Assembly (NCBI RefSeq): GCF_032444005.1
Contig: NC_091284.1
Location: forward strand, 38,874,001 to 38,938,000
Length of the DNA stretch: 64,000 nt
Direction of reading: 5' to 3'
Source: Ranitomeya imitator
Lineage: Eukaryota
A model generated the notes under the pieces. That model did no database searches. It had not been told where the DNA came from and saw only the letters and a program-made list of their open reading frames with translations. The position numbers were made by a program, and so were the translations under genes. This document shows positions 61,801 to 64,000 of the stretch, piece after piece (the stretch's first letter is position 1; each line of letters begins with the position of its first letter).

Positions 61801-63380
61801 AGGACTGCCGCCTGGACTCTGTGCGAAAAGATTCTTTTCTTATGATCAGGAGTCCAGTGGGTGGTCCTATGTAGCGATTGACATTTATTGATGCACACTT
61901 CGACATGGAAGACAGACAGTCACTAATTAGGACCACCCAGTGGACTCCTATGCAGTTCCCCCATTATATATCCGTCTGCTCAGCTCCTGTTGTTCTATAA
62001 CCCGCTGTTCGTGCCCCTGACCTGTGGCTGGCAGCTCCTCCTGGCATTGTGGTGTTTCACATGAGAAGTGTGATCACAGCTCTGAATAGTGGCACACCAT
62101 GTGGCAGTAGTATAGGGGCACAGCCAAGGGGGGGGCAAGAATAATTCCGGGAAGCTAGAAGATGTCTAAAGATGCGATACACACTTGCTGCAGCAGAGCC
62201 TTTACATGATTGCTTTTGAGGGAACGTCCATGATCTGTATCACTCTTCTGTATACAAAATAGAAGCAAAATGTAAAAATGTCACCAAACTGCCCAAATTC
62301 ACGACATGTGTGTTTTGGCCACGACACAAAGTAACTAAACCTCGCACGTTACTCGGGAAGCCCCACACAGCGTTTCTCGCTCTCTTTGTATTGTTACACA
62401 AATGCATAATGTACAATTCCTTAAAATATTGTCAGGTATTAGAAGAAGGGGGAGGGGATGACTTTCTGGCCAGGATTGTCACCAGCCTTGTCCTTAACTA
62501 TACAAGTGGCGGGACCGAGCTGTAGTACCAGACACAGCCAGTAAGCAAGAGTGGCGCTGTAACTTGGTGGAAAATAGACAGACCTAGTCTCCTGATCCCA
62601 GAAAGACCCCTTATTCTGACTTGGTGGCTCATTTTAATTGAATCTAGTCTCTGACCCAATTGACAGGGAGGTTTAGATGGTAATGACCAAAATAGGCCAT
62701 GCTGGCTGTTTTGACGGGGGTGGGCTGTCTACCACATGCTTAGCCCTAAGTATGGGAATATATATATATTAGATATAGATATATATATTAGAATAAATCT
62801 TCAAAGCTCAGCATATAATTCCCAATCCATAAGATGGGGATAGCTTCTGATCGCTTGGACCCGCATCGATTCCCACATCGGGACTTTGCAGCCTTGTCTT
62901 GACTGGAGCTGAAGTGCACATTGTCCATCTCCACTGCATTCATTATGTATGGGACTGGTTAATTTGGGAATAATCCTTTTTTATGGGATATTCACATGTT
63001 TAAAAGTTATCCCTTATCCACAGGAAAAGGGGATACATTTCTGATCATTGAGGTTCCGACAGCCGTGGCCTTCACCGACCCTGAGAACCACGGGGGCTCT
63101 GAAAAGCCCCTCTAAAGAGGGGAGTGGAGGTCGATCAAGCCCATCGCTGTTCCATTCATTCTTAATGGGAGCGCTGGAGATCGCTGGGTGCGGATATTTG
63201 GCACTCCCATTGGAATGAATGGAGCAGCAGCGCGTATGATCAACCTCCGCTCCATTAAGTTCTCTGGATTGAGGGCTGCCACGGCTGGCGGACTCTTGGC
63301 GATCGGCAAGTTATTGGAACTTTTAAACTTGAGAACACCCCTTAAAGCAAGTTAGTTTCTATTAGTCTGCCTAACATCCA

Positions 63381-64000
63381 TTGATGACGCGGCTGTCTGT
63401 TGATCGCGCATCTGTTGATCGCGCGGCTGTCTGTTGATCGCGCGGCTGTCTGTTGATCGCGCGGCTGTCTGTTGATCGCGCGGCTGTCTGTTGATCGCGC
63501 GGCTGTCTGTTGATCGCGCGGCTGTCTGTTGATCGCGCGTCTGTCTGTTGATCGCGCGTCTGTCTGTTGATCGCGCGTCTGTCTGTTGATCGCGCGGCTG
63601 TCTGTTGATCGCGCGGCTGTCTGTTGATCGCGCGGCTGTCTGTTGATCGCGCAGCTGTCTGTTGATCGCGCGTCTGTTGATCGCGCGTCTGTCTGTTGAT
63701 CGCGCGTCTGTCTGTTGATCGCGCGTCTGTCTGTTGATCGCGCGTCTGTCTGTTGATCGCGCGGCTGTCTGTTGATCGCGCGTCTCTGTTGATCGCGCGT
63801 CTGTTGATCGCGCGTCTGTCTGTTGATCGCGCGTCTGTCTGTTGATCGCGCGGCTGTCTGTTGATCGCGCGTCTCTGTTGATCGCGCATCTGTCTGTTGA
63901 TCGCGCGTCTGTCTGTTGATCGCGCGGCTGTCTGTTGATCGCGCGGCTGTCTGTTGATCGCGCGTCTGTCTGTTGATCGCGCGTCTGTCTGTTGATCGCG
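63381..64000. repeat. 19-bp CpG-dense minisatellite (gctgtctgttgatcgcgcg), >=32 units, runs off the window
   Basis: Period 19, e.g. cggctgtctg at 63481 and 63500. Confidence 0.95.

Noticed and set aside
63371-63889. 172-aa ORF on the minus strand
   Set aside because: Translation of the 19-bp minisatellite.

Overview
Repeat-rich vertebrate genomic DNA, most likely from a frog. This assignment is inferred from the repeat families, which resemble those of hyloid/dendrobatid genomes; it was not confirmed by any search. The only host gene I can support is the first coding exon of RCAN1 (regulator of calcineurin 1, exon-1 isoform; + strand, 17225-17413, GT donor at 17414). It sits in a CpG-rich promoter with a CRE cluster, and its intron 1 runs past the end of the window. 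The rest is transposon debris and tandem repeats: a CR1 LINE, a Ty3/Gypsy gag-pol fragment, three solo LTRs with target-site duplications (TSDs) plus one LTR-like segment without, two defective Tc1 elements, a complete non-autonomous Helitron, many Harbinger/Kolobok(T2)/hAT-type MITEs, and about a dozen unrelated tandem arrays (units 19-125 bp). The most interesting signals are: (i) three well-formed minimal hammerhead ribozyme motifs of the Penelope-like type, one with a compensated A3-U8 core inside a long inverted repeat and two spaced to excise 151 nt upstream and antisense of the RCAN1 promoter, plus degenerate copies in the intron; (ii) tandem repeats that multiply NFAT-core (GGAAA) sites at the promoter and in intron 1 of this calcineurin-feedback gene; (iii) a dispersed repeat carrying a CTCF-like motif. 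One 130-N assembly gap lies at 47163-47292.
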